Below are positions 27,269-39,712 of a stretch of DNA of 64,000 nucleotides, piece by piece. The translations under genes and the position numbers were made by a program. Below the pieces are notes generated by a model. The model worked only from the letters and a program-made list of their open reading frames with translations, ran no database searches and was not told the DNA's origin. Source of the stretch: Dictyostelium discoideum (taxonomy: Eukaryota); contig CM000150.2 of assembly GCA_000004695.1 (NCBI GenBank), positions 1,056,001 to 1,120,000 of the forward strand. The letters are read 5' to 3'. Numbering within the stretch: position 1 is the first letter of the stretch; each line of letters starts with the position of its first letter.

Positions 27269-27568
27269 ATGTCATCCACTCAACAAGTTAATGTATTAGC
27301 AATTGCAAGTTGTAAACCAGAATTTACTCAAGAATTTATTGAATTCTTTAAAACAATTGTTAAAGAATCAAGAAAAGAAAAAGGTATGATTAAATATGAC
27401 TTGAACCAAGATAGTGTAAATCCAAATGTATTTTATGTATGTGAAGAGTATAAATCAATGGCAGATTTTGAATTTCATAAAACTACACCACATTTCTTAT
27501 CAATGGTAAAATATGTTGAAGGAAAAGTTGAAAGTCTAGAAATTAAATTAATGAAACCAATAGAATAA
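27269..27568 (+). CDS. Small ABM-fold (antibiotic-biosynthesis-monooxygenase / Dabb-like) protein, 99 aa.
   Basis: The sequence MSSTQQVNVLAIASCKPEFTQEFIEFFKTIVKESRKEKGMIKYDLNQDS...FYVCEEYKSMADFEFHKTTPHF has the length and spacing of the ABM ferredoxin-like fold. It is a single exon with clean AT-rich flanks. Confidence 0.65.
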   Translation: MSSTQQVNVLAIASCKPEFTQEFIEFFKTIVKESRKEKGMIKYDLNQDSVNPNVFYVCEEYKSMADFEFHKTTPHFLSMVKYVEGKVESLEIKLMKPIE

Positions 27569-28165
27569 ACAATAAACCCCTTTTTTTCCTTTTTTAATAA
27601 AAATTTTTATTATTACTTTTATTTATTTTTTTATTAATTTTTTATTTATTTTATTTTTTATTTTTTTTCTTTTAATAAAATATTATTATTAAAATGCTTC
27701 TGGAACCTTTTGATCTTTATTTGGTAATATTACAACATCAATCACCATATATATTTTTATATTGAACACCAATTATTTAAGATGGAAAAAAAAAAAAAAT
27801 AAAAAAAATAAAAAAAATAAAAAATAAATGGGTGGAAAATTTTTTAAATGTGGTTATTTCCTTACACTTAATTTAAATTATTTCCAAATAAAGTTTAAAA
27901 AAATTACGTGGTTTAAAAAAATTTAAATAGGGTAGTTAAATATCATATAATTTTTATGTATGTTATATAATTTTTATTTATTTTTTTTTTTTTTTTTATT
28001 TTTTTTTTTTTAAAATTTATTATAAAATAACTTCATTTTTTTAATTTATCAATAACTTATTAATTTATTAATTTATTTATTTATTTATTTACATGTATTT
28101 TTATATTTTAATAATTTTATAATTTTATAATTTTTAATTAAAAAAAAAAAAAAAAAAAAAAAGAA

Positions 28166-29446
28166 ATGAAAAAAATGAAAATTTTATCATTTTTTATATT
28201 AAGTTTAGCAATTATAATTGGAATTGTTTATTCAAGACAATGTGACGATAAATGTAAACAAGATTATCCATATTCAAGTTGTAATGGTAATTTAAATTTA
28301 TATCGTGGTTTAGGGTATGATGGTAATGGGAATGTAATTTTTAGTGGTAAATATAATAGTAGTCAAGGTAGTGGTGGATTTGGGTTACCATCTATTTTTT
28401 CAGTTCCATCAAGTGGTGGTTGTCAATTAAGTAAAAGATTTGATATACAAGGTGAGATATTGGATGGACCTGGTTATACAGCATTAGATTATTTTTATAA
28501 ATATTTACCACAATTGGATAGATATTATGTAAGATTCAATCAAAGGGGTAGTCCGATATTCTCAATCTATAATCAAACTTCAAATGAAATTAAGGCAGTT
28601 TTCAATATCTTCAATACACCATTCGTCCCTGCCTTCAGCCAAAATGAGAGTGCCCCATTCTTTGTCTATGGTGGCTATGGAATCTACGGGCTAGCCAAGT
28701 ATCCAACTGATAGAAGTGATGCTCAACAAGCTAAATTAATATACCAATCACAAATTGTGAATGGGTTGGAGATTGATGGCGACCAATTGTATATGACAAC
28801 TTACCAAGGCCAATTTTTGAAAGGTTCGCTCAACTGCTTAAATTGCACCAAAGATCAATTACAATTACTAGTGACCGATAGTGAATTGGCATCTGCGACA
28901 AGTGTTAGTGGGTTCGCTTTGACAAGTGATTATATGTACTTCTCGTATAGTGGTGGAATTAAGGGTTATCCAAAGAATGGTGATGCCAGTAGAGTTAGGA
29001 AATTAGTTAGTGAGAATGTTGTTGCAATGATTTCAAATGGTGATTTCTTATATTACCAAACTGATTCTGGTGTAGTTAAAAGTGTTTCAACCAGTGGTAA
29101 CCATCCTCAAGTTAATATTCTATATACTCCAGTCAGTGATAACCAATGTCAATGCTCCGTTGGTTTTAGTGGTGATGATTGTAGACAATGTGATAATGGT
29201 ATGGTATTGTGGGCTAGTGACAATGGAATACCAATGTGTTCACCATTAAATTCATTGGGTAAACCAAAAACCTGTTATGCTGCTTATCAATGTGGTTCTT
29301 CACCATTCATAATTTGTAATGGTACTTGTACTTGTTTACCTGGTTTCAGTGGAAATGATTGCACTCTATGTGGAAATGGTGGTGAAGTTATTTGGGAAAA
29401 TGGTTATCCAACATGTGTTATCCAAATTAAAAAAATAATTACTTAG
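28166..29446 (+). CDS. Secreted Cys-rich protein with two C-terminal EGF-like modules, 426 aa.
   Basis: The signal peptide is MKKMKILSFFILSLAIIIGIVYS. The EGF-like signatures are CQCSVGFSGDDCRQC and CTCLPGFSGNDCTLC. The middle region carries repeated Y/F-rich beta-like segments. Confidence 0.8.
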   Translation: MKKMKILSFFILSLAIIIGIVYSRQCDDKCKQDYPYSSCNGNLNLYRGLGYDGNGNVIFSGKYNSSQGSGGFGLPSIFSVPSSGGCQLSKRFDIQGEILDGPGYTALDYFYKYLPQLDRYYVRFNQRGSPIFSIYNQTSNEIKAVFNIFNTPFVPAFSQNESAPFFVYGGYGIYGLAKYPTDRSDAQQAKLIYQSQIVNGLEIDGDQLYMTTYQGQFLKGSLNCLNCTKDQLQLLVTDSELASATSVSGFALTSDYMYFSYSGGIKGYPKNGDASRVRKLVSENVVAMISNGDFLYYQTDSGVVKSVSTSGNHPQVNILYTPVSDNQCQCSVGFSGDDCRQCDNGMVLWASDNGIPMCSPLNSLGKPKTCYAAYQCGSSPFIICNGTCTCLPGFSGNDCTLCGNGGEVIWENGYPTCVIQIKKIIT

Positions 29447-29917
29447 ATTAAATAAAAATAAAAATCAATCAATAATTTTTTAAAAAAAAAAAAAAAAAAA
29501 AAGATTGGGTGTAAAATGCATATGCAAATATTATTTCTTTTTTTTTTTTTTATTTTATTTTATTTTTTATTTTATTTTTTTTTTCTCAAAATTGGTTCGA
29601 ATATTAGAGATGATATTCCAACCAAGCGAAAATTTCGGTTTTATTTGAAATCAAATTATTTTTTTTTTTTTTTTTTTTTTTTGTGATGTCATTAATAAAA
29701 AGCCTGTATCCAAAAATTTTTTTTTTTAATTTTTTTAATTTTTTTTTTTTTTTTTAAAATTAAAAAATATCGTGCTCAAAATCTTTTTTTTTTTTTTTTT
29801 TTCATTTTTTCTCTTATTAACCCTTTTTTTTTATTTATAAAATATATTTTTATATACTCCTTTCATGTATTAAAGTAATAAAATTATATATTTAATAAAT
29901 TAAATTTTTAAAAAAAA

Positions 29918-30001
29918 ATGGATGGAGTACAAGGAAAATTATTTGTGACTGGTAAGTAAAATAAATAAACTTTTTAAATTATTTATAGTTATCCCTCAGT
30001 A

Positions 30002-30035
<34 letters not shown>

Positions 30036-32397
30036 CTTCTTTTCATTCGAATATGAAATAATAATAATAAAGATTTTTTAATACTAAAATTAATATATTT
30101 TTTTATTTTTTTATTTTTTTTTTATTTTTTTTATTTTTTTTATTTTTTTTTTAAAAAAAAAAAAAAGTTATTCAAGCACAAAATTTGAATATTACTCAAG
30201 ATAAAAAATCAGCAGCAGAAGAAATTGTAGGTGCAATATTTGATCCATTTTCATCACCAATTCTTCAATCAATTGAAAAGATTCAAAATTTTTCAAAATC
30301 AAATGTGTTACCAATTTTTACACCAATTAGTGGTATTATAGATACAATTGCAACGGTTGGTAAAGATACGACAACAACAGCAGTAGCAGAGAAAGGACCA
30401 GAGATTCCATCAGAAAATCAAACAGCAGAGAGTACAGGTATAGTTTGTACAGTTACAACTGAAGAACAAAAATTTAAAACAGTAACTTCACCAGATGTAA
30501 CCGAACCAAAATGGAGTAATCAATCACATTCTTTTAATATCGCACATCCATGTGCAGAATTAACATTTGAAGTATCATTAAACAATGGTGAAAAAGAATC
30601 ATTTTTAATAGGTGGTGCAGTTATTAACCTTTTAGATGAACCACATCTTTGGGAACAAAAACCATTTGCAAAATGGATTAATTTAACAAAAAAACATAAA
30701 AATTCAAAAGATAATAATAATAATAATAATGATCCAAATAGTAATACAGCTGAAGATGGTGGTGGTGAAAATAATTCAATAATTGGTAATGAATATGATC
30801 AATTTTCAGATGAAGATGAAATTGTTGGTAGAATTGAAGTTCAATTTCAATATAAATATCGTAGAATTTGGGATTCAATTTATTGTGGTAAAATATTATT
30901 ATTAGAGGGTAAATATCAAGAAGCGTTGGAACAGTTTAAAGAGGCAATTAAAATCTATCCAACTGATCCATTCATTTATTCATTGATGGTTGATTGTTGT
31001 TTAGGTTTGAAACGTTTAGGATCTGCTATTGAAAATAATGTTAATTTCATAAAGTATGATAAGGGTTTTGAGGGTTTAATAAAGATGGCACAAATTTTGA
31101 TGGAAGCTAATCAATTGGAAAAAGTTCAACCATTGATTGATAGGGCTTTTAAAAAGTCACCAAATAATGAGCGTATTAAATATGTACAACTTCAATATGA
31201 TCATACGGTTGAGGTTGATAAAGTGAATAAAGCAATTGAGCAAGGTTTTGAAGAGTTCTCAAAAGATGATTTTGCATCTGCCGCTGCAAGTTTCTCAAGA
31301 GCGTTAGAGTATAATTCAAACAGTGTTATACTTTATGAGCTTAGAGCACTCTCACATTTGTCAGCTAGAAATCAAATTATGGCAAGTGCTGACATTGATA
31401 AGATATTGGAGATCGATCATAATTGGTCAAAAACCGATCCAATTCAAAGTGGCCATCTTTTAAAGGATGGTCAAATCAATGTAATGTCAAAGAAACGTTG
31501 GTTCACTATTAAATCCTATTTCTTATTTTGGTATTTAGAACAGAGTGATCTCTCACCTCAGGGTATGGTTTGTTTAATTGATTTCGGGTGTGCTCCAAAA
31601 CCTGGTCAAAAGGTGAAATTTCAATTACAAACCAAGGATCGTACATTCAATTTCAAAGTGGTAGATGATCCAAAGGCTTACGATAAATGGATCATTAGTT
31701 TAGGTAAAATGGCCAAGGTTAATAAAATCACACTTCCACTCATTGATTCGGTTAAATCACAAATCGTTTGGAAGAATGTTTTCAATAAGAAAGAGAAAAC
31801 CACCTTTATGTTACCAGATGTTATGTTATTGCCTGAACAAATCTTTGTTGAATCTGGTCGTTTCGCATTCGCAATTGGTGATAAAATTAAATCAAAACTC
31901 ACTTCCATTAGTTTACAAGATGCTACAATGACTGGTTTCCTCTATAAAATGGGTCAATTAAATAAAGAATGGAAAAAGAGATTCTTTTTCATTCAAGGTA
32001 CAAATCTTTATTACGCAACTTTAAAAGAGTCTGACTTTGAAAAGGGTACTATCGATTCAGTGACACCAACTGGTAGTATGCCTCTTGAGAGATGTCGTAT
32101 CGATCAATCTCCTCATAGTACTAATAAAACTAATAGTTTCGAAGTTATTAGTGCTTTTCGTAGAAATATCCTCCTGGCAACTGATAAAGCTGATGATAAA
32201 GATAAATGGATTAAAGCTATCGCCATTGCATCTGGTATGCAAATAGTTGAAGAGAAAGAATCAAATGAAGAAAAGAAAAGTTTACCAAGTTCTGAAGCAT
32301 TACTTAATTCAAGAATAAGAGTAAAATCATTAAGAGCTCCACCAGTTGTCGTTGTACAACAACAAAAACAAAAGAAATTAGATGATAATGATGAATT

Positions 32398-32428
<31 letters not shown>

Positions 32429-33019
32429 GATAATAATAATAATGATGATGATGATGATGATGATGGTGGTGATAATGAAAATGGTGATAATTATAATTCA
32501 AATGGTGATAATTCAAATGGTGATAATAGTAATAATCATAATAATAATGATGAAGGAGTAACAAATAGGAGATCTTCTGATCAATTAGAACAAATGACAG
32601 CAACAAGAAGACCAAAAAAAGAAAGACAAATTAAAAAGATTTCAACTAATGATGTCTCAACATCAGAGAATCGTTACTTTTCTAAATTTAATTTACCTTC
32701 CTCATCAAATGCTCCAGCACCAACTATAATCACATCAAAAGCAAAATATAGTTTAAATTTAAGTAGTGATACAAATAATAATACTGCATCAACATCAAAT
32801 AATGATTCTAATGAACCTGAATCACTTGCTAATATTCTTGGTGATGATATGCCACCACCATCAAAGAAATATTCAATTAATGATGAAAATTCAACTAATT
32901 ATCAAGATGATGATAAAGATTTAGAAAGTGCTGGTTTAATCTCTGGTAAAAAGAAAAAAGTAAATGAAGATGGTGAAGATGAAGATAAAAAGAGATGTTG
33001 TAAATGTACTATTCAATAA
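29918..33019 (+). CDS. Protein with an N-terminal C2 domain, a TPR-like middle region and two PH domains. Gene model: join(29918..29951,30168..33019).
   Basis: Exon 1 is ATG at 29918, MDGVQGKLFVT, ending in phase 1 before GTAAGT at 29952. The acceptor AG is at 30166-30167. Exon 2 begins (V)IQAQNLNITQDKK..., giving KLFVTVIQAQNL, a typical C2 beta-strand 1, and continues in frame with track ORF 30185..33019. The PH-like segments are GHLLKDGQINVMSKKRWFTIKSYFLFWY and MTGFLYKMGQLNKEWKKRFFFIQGTNLYYA...DKWIKAIAIA. The C-terminus is acidic and Asn/Asp-rich. Confidence 0.8.
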
Positions 33020-33028
33020 AACAAAATA

Positions 33029-33059
<31 letters not shown>

Positions 33060-33189
33060 CAAATAATATAAATTATATTAGTTTTATTTATGAAAATAAA
33101 AAAAAAAACAAATAAATAAAAAAAATAAATAATAATAATAGTAATAATAATAAATTTAAATAATTTTTAATTTATTTTCTTAAAATTTT

Positions 33190-34568
33190 TTAATTATTTT
33201 CAATAATTTTAATTGCTTTTTCTAAGGAATCATTTGAAAGATTTGAAGATATTTCAATACAACGATTTTTAAATTGTTGATAATTTGATTTAATTTTTAT
33301 AATTGAATCAAGTAATTGATTTTGTTTTAATTTTAAACCATTTAAACCAATACCAACACCAATTGAATTAATATGTTTTGACCAAAAAGGTTGATCAAAA
33401 TATAATGGTAAAATTATTGAAGGTATTGCTGATTTTAAAATACTTGCAATTGATCCAACTCCTCCATGTGTAATTGAAATTGAACTATATTTATATAACC
33501 ATAAATGATCAACATTGTTTAATTGACAAATATTTGCTGATTCATTTTGAATTGGTTCAAAATTACTCCAATTATTTAAAATTATCCATTTAGTTTGTTT
33601 ACCTAATTTTTCAATTGTGTATTTTAAAATTGAAATTATTTTATCTTGTAATGATTTATTTGAAATTGGCATACTGCCTAAACCAAATACAATTGGTAAA
33701 TCTTCTTTATCAGTATATTCATTAATATTATTATCTTTAAAAAAGTTTATTAACTTTTTTGGAATATTTTTTAAATTAATTTCTTTTTGAAAAAAGAAAC
33801 CAACTACATTCCAATGACTTTTAAAATCATTTGGTATTTTTTGATTTGGTAATAAAACTTTATCAAATGCTGCAATTTGTTTACAATATGATTCATTATT
33901 TCTAATATTATCAAAAAAATCAAATTTTAAACTATCTAATCCTAATTCTTTTCTCCAACGATCAACTCTTTTACATTCTCTAAAAAAAAAAAATTATTAA
34001 TATTAATTTAAACAATTTGTTTTAATAATTTATTTTAAACTTACAGTTTTGCAAATTTATTATTAAATAATGAATGGGTTAATTTATTAATAAATGGAAT
34101 ATGAAGGTTTTTAATATCAAATAATAGGAATGGTGCTTCATTGGTTGGAAAAATTGGGACCAATGTTAAAGCAATAAATGGAATACCTAATTTATCTCTA
34201 ACACATTGAGCTTCTGTTGGAATTACAGCTGATTGAATAATTAAATCCATACCAATTGATGATAAATAAAGTTGGTTTAATCTTCCAAGATTTTGTTTAT
34301 CCAATTCCATTCTTTTTTCAAAGAATCTACTCCCATACTCTTGAGGTGAATAAATTTTAGATTTATCTCCTTTTTGATTATCATTTAATAAATCAATAAT
34401 ATCACCATCAATTGCATTAAAATCTAATTCAAATTTTTCAACAACATATTTTATTCTATTTTCACCAACAATTAAACAATAATGACCTCTTTTTTTCAAT
34501 TCACTTGCTAAAATACATGATGGTTGTACATCACCTCTTGTTCCAAAACAAAAGAAAACTATTTTCAT
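33190..34568 (-). CDS. UDP-glycosyltransferase of the GT1/GT28 type (sterol-glucosyltransferase-like), copy 1 of a tandem pair. Gene model: complement(join(33190..33979,34045..34568)).
   Basis: The N-terminus is MKIVFFCFGTRGDVQP, the GT28 N-domain motif. The C-terminal donor-binding signature is ITHGGVGSIASILKSAIPSIILPLYFDQPFW. The donor GTAAGT is at 34044-34039 and the acceptor AG at 33981-33980. Phase and frame were verified, giving ...FAKL|ECKRVDRWRKELGLD... Confidence 0.85.
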
Positions 34569-35282
34569 TTTTTTTTTTTTTTTAAAATATGTTAGTTATT
34601 TAAAATTAGTTTTATGATCTTTTTTTAAATAAATATCTAAATTTGTTTATTAAATTAATAATGATTAAATTACCTTTTTTTTTTTTTTAATTTATATTTT
34701 TTTTTTAAGTATTAAATTTGAAAATCATAAAATTAAAACAATTCTTTTTTTATTTTCATTATTATTCTTTAAAACTAATGATATTTCTTGTTTGTATATA
34801 TAACACTGAGAAATGAAAAATATTATTTTTCATATTTTAATTTTATACTCTAAGAACAAACATATTTGATTTCCTTAAAAATTAAAAATCTTAAGAAAAT
34901 ATATCTTGGTTTCATATTTAAATGAAAAATAAAACTAAAAAGCACAGTGTGTTAATATATTTTTTTAATTTTAATTTTTTTTTTTGTTCTTTAAGATTAA
35001 AGAAAGTGGTTAAAAACCTTGGAAATTACTCAGCGTAATTTATAATTTTATATTTATTAATGAAGGTTAATTAATATCTCAAATTGAATAATCAAAAAGT
35101 AAAAAAAAATTTTTTTTTTAAATTAAAAAAAAAAAGTATTAATTTTATTTTTAATTAATTAATTAATTTATTTTTTTAATTATTTATTTATTTTTTTTTT
35201 TTTTCAAAAATTTAAAAATGGTGCTTGAAAATTTCAAGTAATTTTTACCAAATGTAATTTTAAAATTAACAAAGGGAAAGAA

Positions 35283-35504
35283 TCATTGAAAATAATGAGT
35301 TACAAACTTGAAACAACCTGTAGCAGAACCTGTTGTTGTTGATAGTTGAGATGGAGTTGGATTAGTGTTGGTGTTACTGTTGGTGTTGGTGTTGGTGTTT
35401 GTGATGGTGATGGTGTTGGTGTTGGTATTGGTGTTGGTATTGGTGTTGGTGTTAGTGATGGTGTTAGTGCTGGTGTTGGTGTTGGTGTGGCAATGATTAT
35501 ACAA
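35283..35504 (-). pseudogene. Truncated 3' fragment (about 70 codons) of the GPI/TP-repeat protein gene found intact at 37913..38419, carried along with the glycosyltransferase duplication.
   Basis: Nucleotide-level homology spans 35200-35500 versus 37850-38150, including the shared 3' flank ...ttaacaaagggaaagaatcattga... and the (ggtgtt)n repeat. The encoded ...[15 protein letters not shown] matches ...PTPSQTSTTTGSAST. Homology ends abruptly upstream, so there is no signal peptide or Cys domain. Confidence 0.6.
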
Positions 35505-35708
35505 ACTTCACCAAGTGCATGTAAAGTATATAAATATAATTATATAAATAAAATAATATTTTTAATAAAAAAAATAAAACCTATTTATATTAAAAAAAAA
35601 GAAATATTATAAATTATATTAATAATATATATGAAAATAAAAAAAAAATATATAATAATAGTTTTAATAAAAATGATAATAAATTAAATATAGTTTTCAA
35701 TTAATTTT

Positions 35709-37085
35709 TTAATTATTTTCAATGATTTTAATTGCTTTTTCTAAGGAATCATTTGAAAGATTTGAAGATATTTCAATACAACGATTTCTAAATTGTTGAT
35801 AGTTTGATTTAATTTTAATAATTGAATCAAGTAATTGATTTTGTTTTAATTTTAAACCATTTAAACCAATACCAACACCAATTGAATTAATATGTTTTGA
35901 CCAAAATGGTTGATCAAAATATAATGGTAAAATTATTGAAGGTATTGCTGATTTTAAAATACTTGCAATTGATCCAACTCCTCCATGTGTAATTGAAATT
36001 GAACTATATTTATATAACCATAAATGATCAACATTGTTTAATTGACAAATATTTGCTGATTCATTTTGAATTGGTTCAAAATTACTCCAATTATTTAAAA
36101 TTATCCATTTAGTTTGTTTACCTAATTTTTCAATTGTGTATTTTAAAATTGAAATAACATTCTTTTGTAATGATTTATTTGAAATTGGCATACTACCTAA
36201 ACCAAAAACAATTGGTAAATCTTCTTTTTCAGTGTATTCATTAATATTATTATCTTTAAAAAAGTTTATTAACTTTTCTGGAATATTTTTTAAATTAATT
36301 TCTTTTTGAAAAAAGAAACCAACTACATTCCAATGACTTTTAAAATCATTTGGTATTTTTTGATTTGGTAATAAAACTTTATCAAATGCTGCAATTTGTT
36401 TACAATATGATTCATTATTTCTAATATTATCAAAAAAATCAAATTTTAAACTATCCAATCCTAATTCTTTTCTCCAACGATCAACTCTTTTACATTCTCT
36501 AAAAAAAAAAACTATTAATATTAATTTAAACAATTTGTTTAATTATTTATTTTAAACTTACAGTTTTGCAAATTTATAATTAAATAATGTATGGGTTAAT
36601 TTATTAATAAATGGAATATGAAGGTTTTTAATATTAGATAATAAGAATGGTGCTTCATTAGATGGGAAAATTTGGAATAATGTTAAAGAAATAAATGGAA
36701 TACCTAATTTATCTCTAACACATTGAGCTTCTGTTGGAATAATATTCGATTGAATAATTAAATCCATACCAATTGATGATAGATAAAGTTGGTTTAATCT
36801 TCCAAGATTTTGTTTATCCAATTCCATTCTTTTTTCAAAGAATCTACGACTATATTCTCGAGGAGAATAAATTTTTAATTTATCTCCTTTTTCATCATCA
36901 TTTAATAAATCAATAATATCACCATCAATTGCATTAAAATCTAATTCAAAATTTTCAACAACATATTTTATTCTATTTTCACCAACAATTAAACAATAAT
37001 GACCTCTTTTTTTTAATTCACTTGCTAAAATACATAATGGTTGTACATCACCTCTTGTTCCAAAACAAAAGAAAACTATTTTCAT
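35709..37085 (-). CDS. UDP-glycosyltransferase of the GT1/GT28 type, copy 2 of the tandem pair. Gene model: complement(join(35709..36498,36562..37085)).
   Basis: Exons and intron are over 90% identical in nucleotide sequence to copy 1. The donor GTAAGT is at 36561-36556 and the acceptor AG at 36500-36499, giving ...FAKL|ECKRVDRW... in frame with track ORF 35709..36533. Confidence 0.85.
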
Positions 37086-37607
37086 TTTTTTTTTTTTTTT
37101 TTTTTGTTGGTTCTATTTTTAAATTAATTTTAAAAAATCATAAAATTAAAAATATTCTTTTTTTTTATTTTCAAAATATTATTCTTTAAAAAAAATGATT
37201 TTTCTTGTTTGTTTATATATGGCCAGAAGAAATGAAAATTATCATTTTTCATTTTCACTTTGATTTCCTTAAAATTAAAAACCTTAAAAAATAAATCTTT
37301 GTTAAAATATAAAAAAAAAACCACACATTTGTGTTAAATTATAAAGGTTTGCCAGATATAAAAATTTCAACATTAATGTGGTGAAAAGTAATTTTATGTG
37401 GTTGGTCCTCTATTTTTTATTTTAATGTTTTTTTTTATATGAATCTCCCCTTGAATCTAACTTTTTTTTTTTTTTTTAATATTCATTAAGATTAATTAAT
37501 TTTTTTTTTTTTTATTTATCTTTAAAAAAAGTGGTTAAATACCTTGGAAATAAATACTCTGTAAAATTTACAATTAGATTTATTAATAAAGAAGATTAAT
37601 TTATCTC

Positions 37608-37738
37608 CACAGCAAAGAAATCCTGCTTAAATTTTGTTAAATGTATGATGTAATTTAAATGGTATTATAATGACGTAATAAATTAAATTGATAATATAAT
37701 TTAAATGGATAATTTACGGTGATATTTTCTTTGCAGTG
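37608..37738. mobile_element. Candidate miniature inverted-repeat element of about 131 bp, present in the copy-2 intergenic flank and absent from the homologous copy-1 flank.
   Basis: The termini are CACAGCAAAGAAA and TTTCTTTGCAGTG, a 13-bp terminal inverted repeat with one mismatch. The copy-1 homologous site (about 35060-35075, ...taatatctcaaattgaat...) is continuous where copy 2 reads ...tctc[element]ctaaactgaat... Confidence 0.35.
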
Positions 37739-37912
37739 CTAAACTGAATAACCAAAACGTACAAAAATTTATTTTTAAATTAAAAAAGTTTTAATTTTAT
37801 TTTTTTTATTAATTAATTTATTTAATTATTTATTTAATTTTATTTTTTTTTGAAAAATTTAAAATTGTACTTGAAAATGCCAAATAATTTTTACCATTTG
37901 TTATTTTTAAAA

Positions 37913-38419
37913 TTAACAAAGGGAAAGAATCATTGAGAAAATAATGAGTGATAAACTTGCAACAACAGTTGAAGCAGAACCAGTTGTTGTTGATGTTTGG
38001 GATGGGGTTGGATTTGGTGTATTTGTTGGTGTTGGTGTTACTGTTGGTGTAACTGTTGGTGTAACTGTTGGTGTAACTGTTGGTGCGGGTGTGGCAGTGA
38101 TTTTACAAACTCCACTCCAATCAGAACCGAGTGCATGTGAAGAAGTTTGATCAGCGCAAGTAAATGTATTTGTTACAGCTGGTGTTACTTGAACAGTACA
38201 TTGGTTTGTAGTATATTCGGCAAAAGTGAATTGATTTGTATTGGTAGCATCAGGAATGTAACGGACAAATCTACCACAAACCTCAGTACAAACATTTTGT
38301 ATGACATCTACTGAAGCACAAACTGGATTTTGATTGGCCAATGTTGTTGTGAAATAATCATATGCATTTGCATATGTTAATAGTGATAATAATGCAATAA
38401 ATGTATGTTGGAATTTCAT
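37913..38419 (-). CDS. Small secreted Cys-containing protein with a (TPTV)n linker and a C-terminal hydrophobic GPI-anchor-like tail, possibly ponticulin-like; 168 aa.
   Basis: The signal peptide is MKFQHTFIALLSLLTYANA. It has 8 Cys, then TPAPTVTPTVTPTVTPTVTPTPTNTPNPTPS, ending SASTVVASLSLIIFSMILSLC. Confidence 0.7.
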   Translation of the reverse strand: MKFQHTFIALLSLLTYANAYDYFTTTLANQNPVCASVDVIQNVCTEVCGRFVRYIPDATNTNQFTFAEYTTNQCTVQVTPAVTNTFTCADQTSSHALGSDWSGVCKITATPAPTVTPTVTPTVTPTVTPTPTNTPNPTPSQTSTTTGSASTVVASLSLIIFSMILSLC

Positions 38420-39712
38420 TTTTTTAATTTATATTTACAAAAAATAATATAATATTTTGGTTGTTTTTTTTTTTTTTTTTTTATAATTATTAAGAATTAT
38501 ATTAATAAAATAATAACATTAATTTAATATAAATAAAAATTGAACCTATTTATATAAAAAAAATAATAAAAAAAATAAAAAAAAAAATAAAAATAAATAT
38601 ATTTAAATAAATTTAATTTATATTTTACAATTTTACAGTGGGGTAACATAAGTTGTAACATTAATTTCAATGATAATAATTTAGTGGTTGTAAATTTGGA
38701 GTGCTCAGCAGTATGAATTTTTTTTTTTTTGTTATTGCTATTTGATATCAAGTACAAGTGTGGTAAAATGAGTTTTTTTTTTTTCTTGATTTTACAATAA
38801 AATTAAATTATTTTTATTATTTGTAAAAAAATAAAAAATGATACCATCATAGCATAATATATTATTTTTGTTTTTTTATTATAATTTTTTTTTTCCCAAA
38901 CCTATTTAAAGTTGTACAAAAATTAAAATTTTTGCCTTGTTGCTCAATTTATGATTTGAAATTTTTTGGTCATTCAATGAATAAAATGAATAAATTTATT
39001 ATTATTTGTTTTTTTATATTTTTTATTTTTTATTTTTACCTTCGGGTAAATTATGAAATGGGTGTATTTATAAATTAAATTATGAATGATAGCTTAAATA
39101 AAAATACTACCAACTTACAAAACTATAATTATAATTACCACACCACTGGATAGTATCAATTACAAGAATAAAAAAAATTAAATAAAACGTTAAAATAAAA
39201 AATTAATTTTCTATTTTATTATTTTTTTTTTTTATGTTTTCACATCCATATTATTATAAATTAATTTTAACCTCTCTAAAAATGCGAAATTAAATTAATC
39301 AAAAATAAAAATAAAAAATTAAATAAATAAATAAATTAATAAATAAAAAAATAAATAATAAATAAATAAAATTTAAACAATTTTTATTATTTATTATTTT
39401 TGATCATGATTTTCATACTATTATTATTTCCTATTATTATTATTATTATTATTTTTTTTTTTTTTAGTTTTTCTAATTTTTTTTTCTTTTTTTTAATTTT
39501 CTAAGGACCATTTCTTGCTCTGAGATCCTTTTTTTTTTTTTTCCTTTTTTTTTTTCCTTTTTTTTTTCTTTTTTTTTTTTTCCTTTTTTTTTTTTTTAAT
39601 TTTTATTTTTTTTTATTATCTTAAAGAAAAAAAGAACTTCAAAAAAAAGACCAAGAAAACCAATTGATCTATATTTCTACATTTTTCCTTTTACTTTTTT
39701 TTTTTTTTTTTT

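Noticed and set aside
29592-29605. tRNA-like B-box match GGTTCGAAT.
   Set aside because: No A box, no acceptor-stem complementarity and no cloverleaf fit; the surrounding sequence is AT-rich. It is reported only as an inverted repeat.
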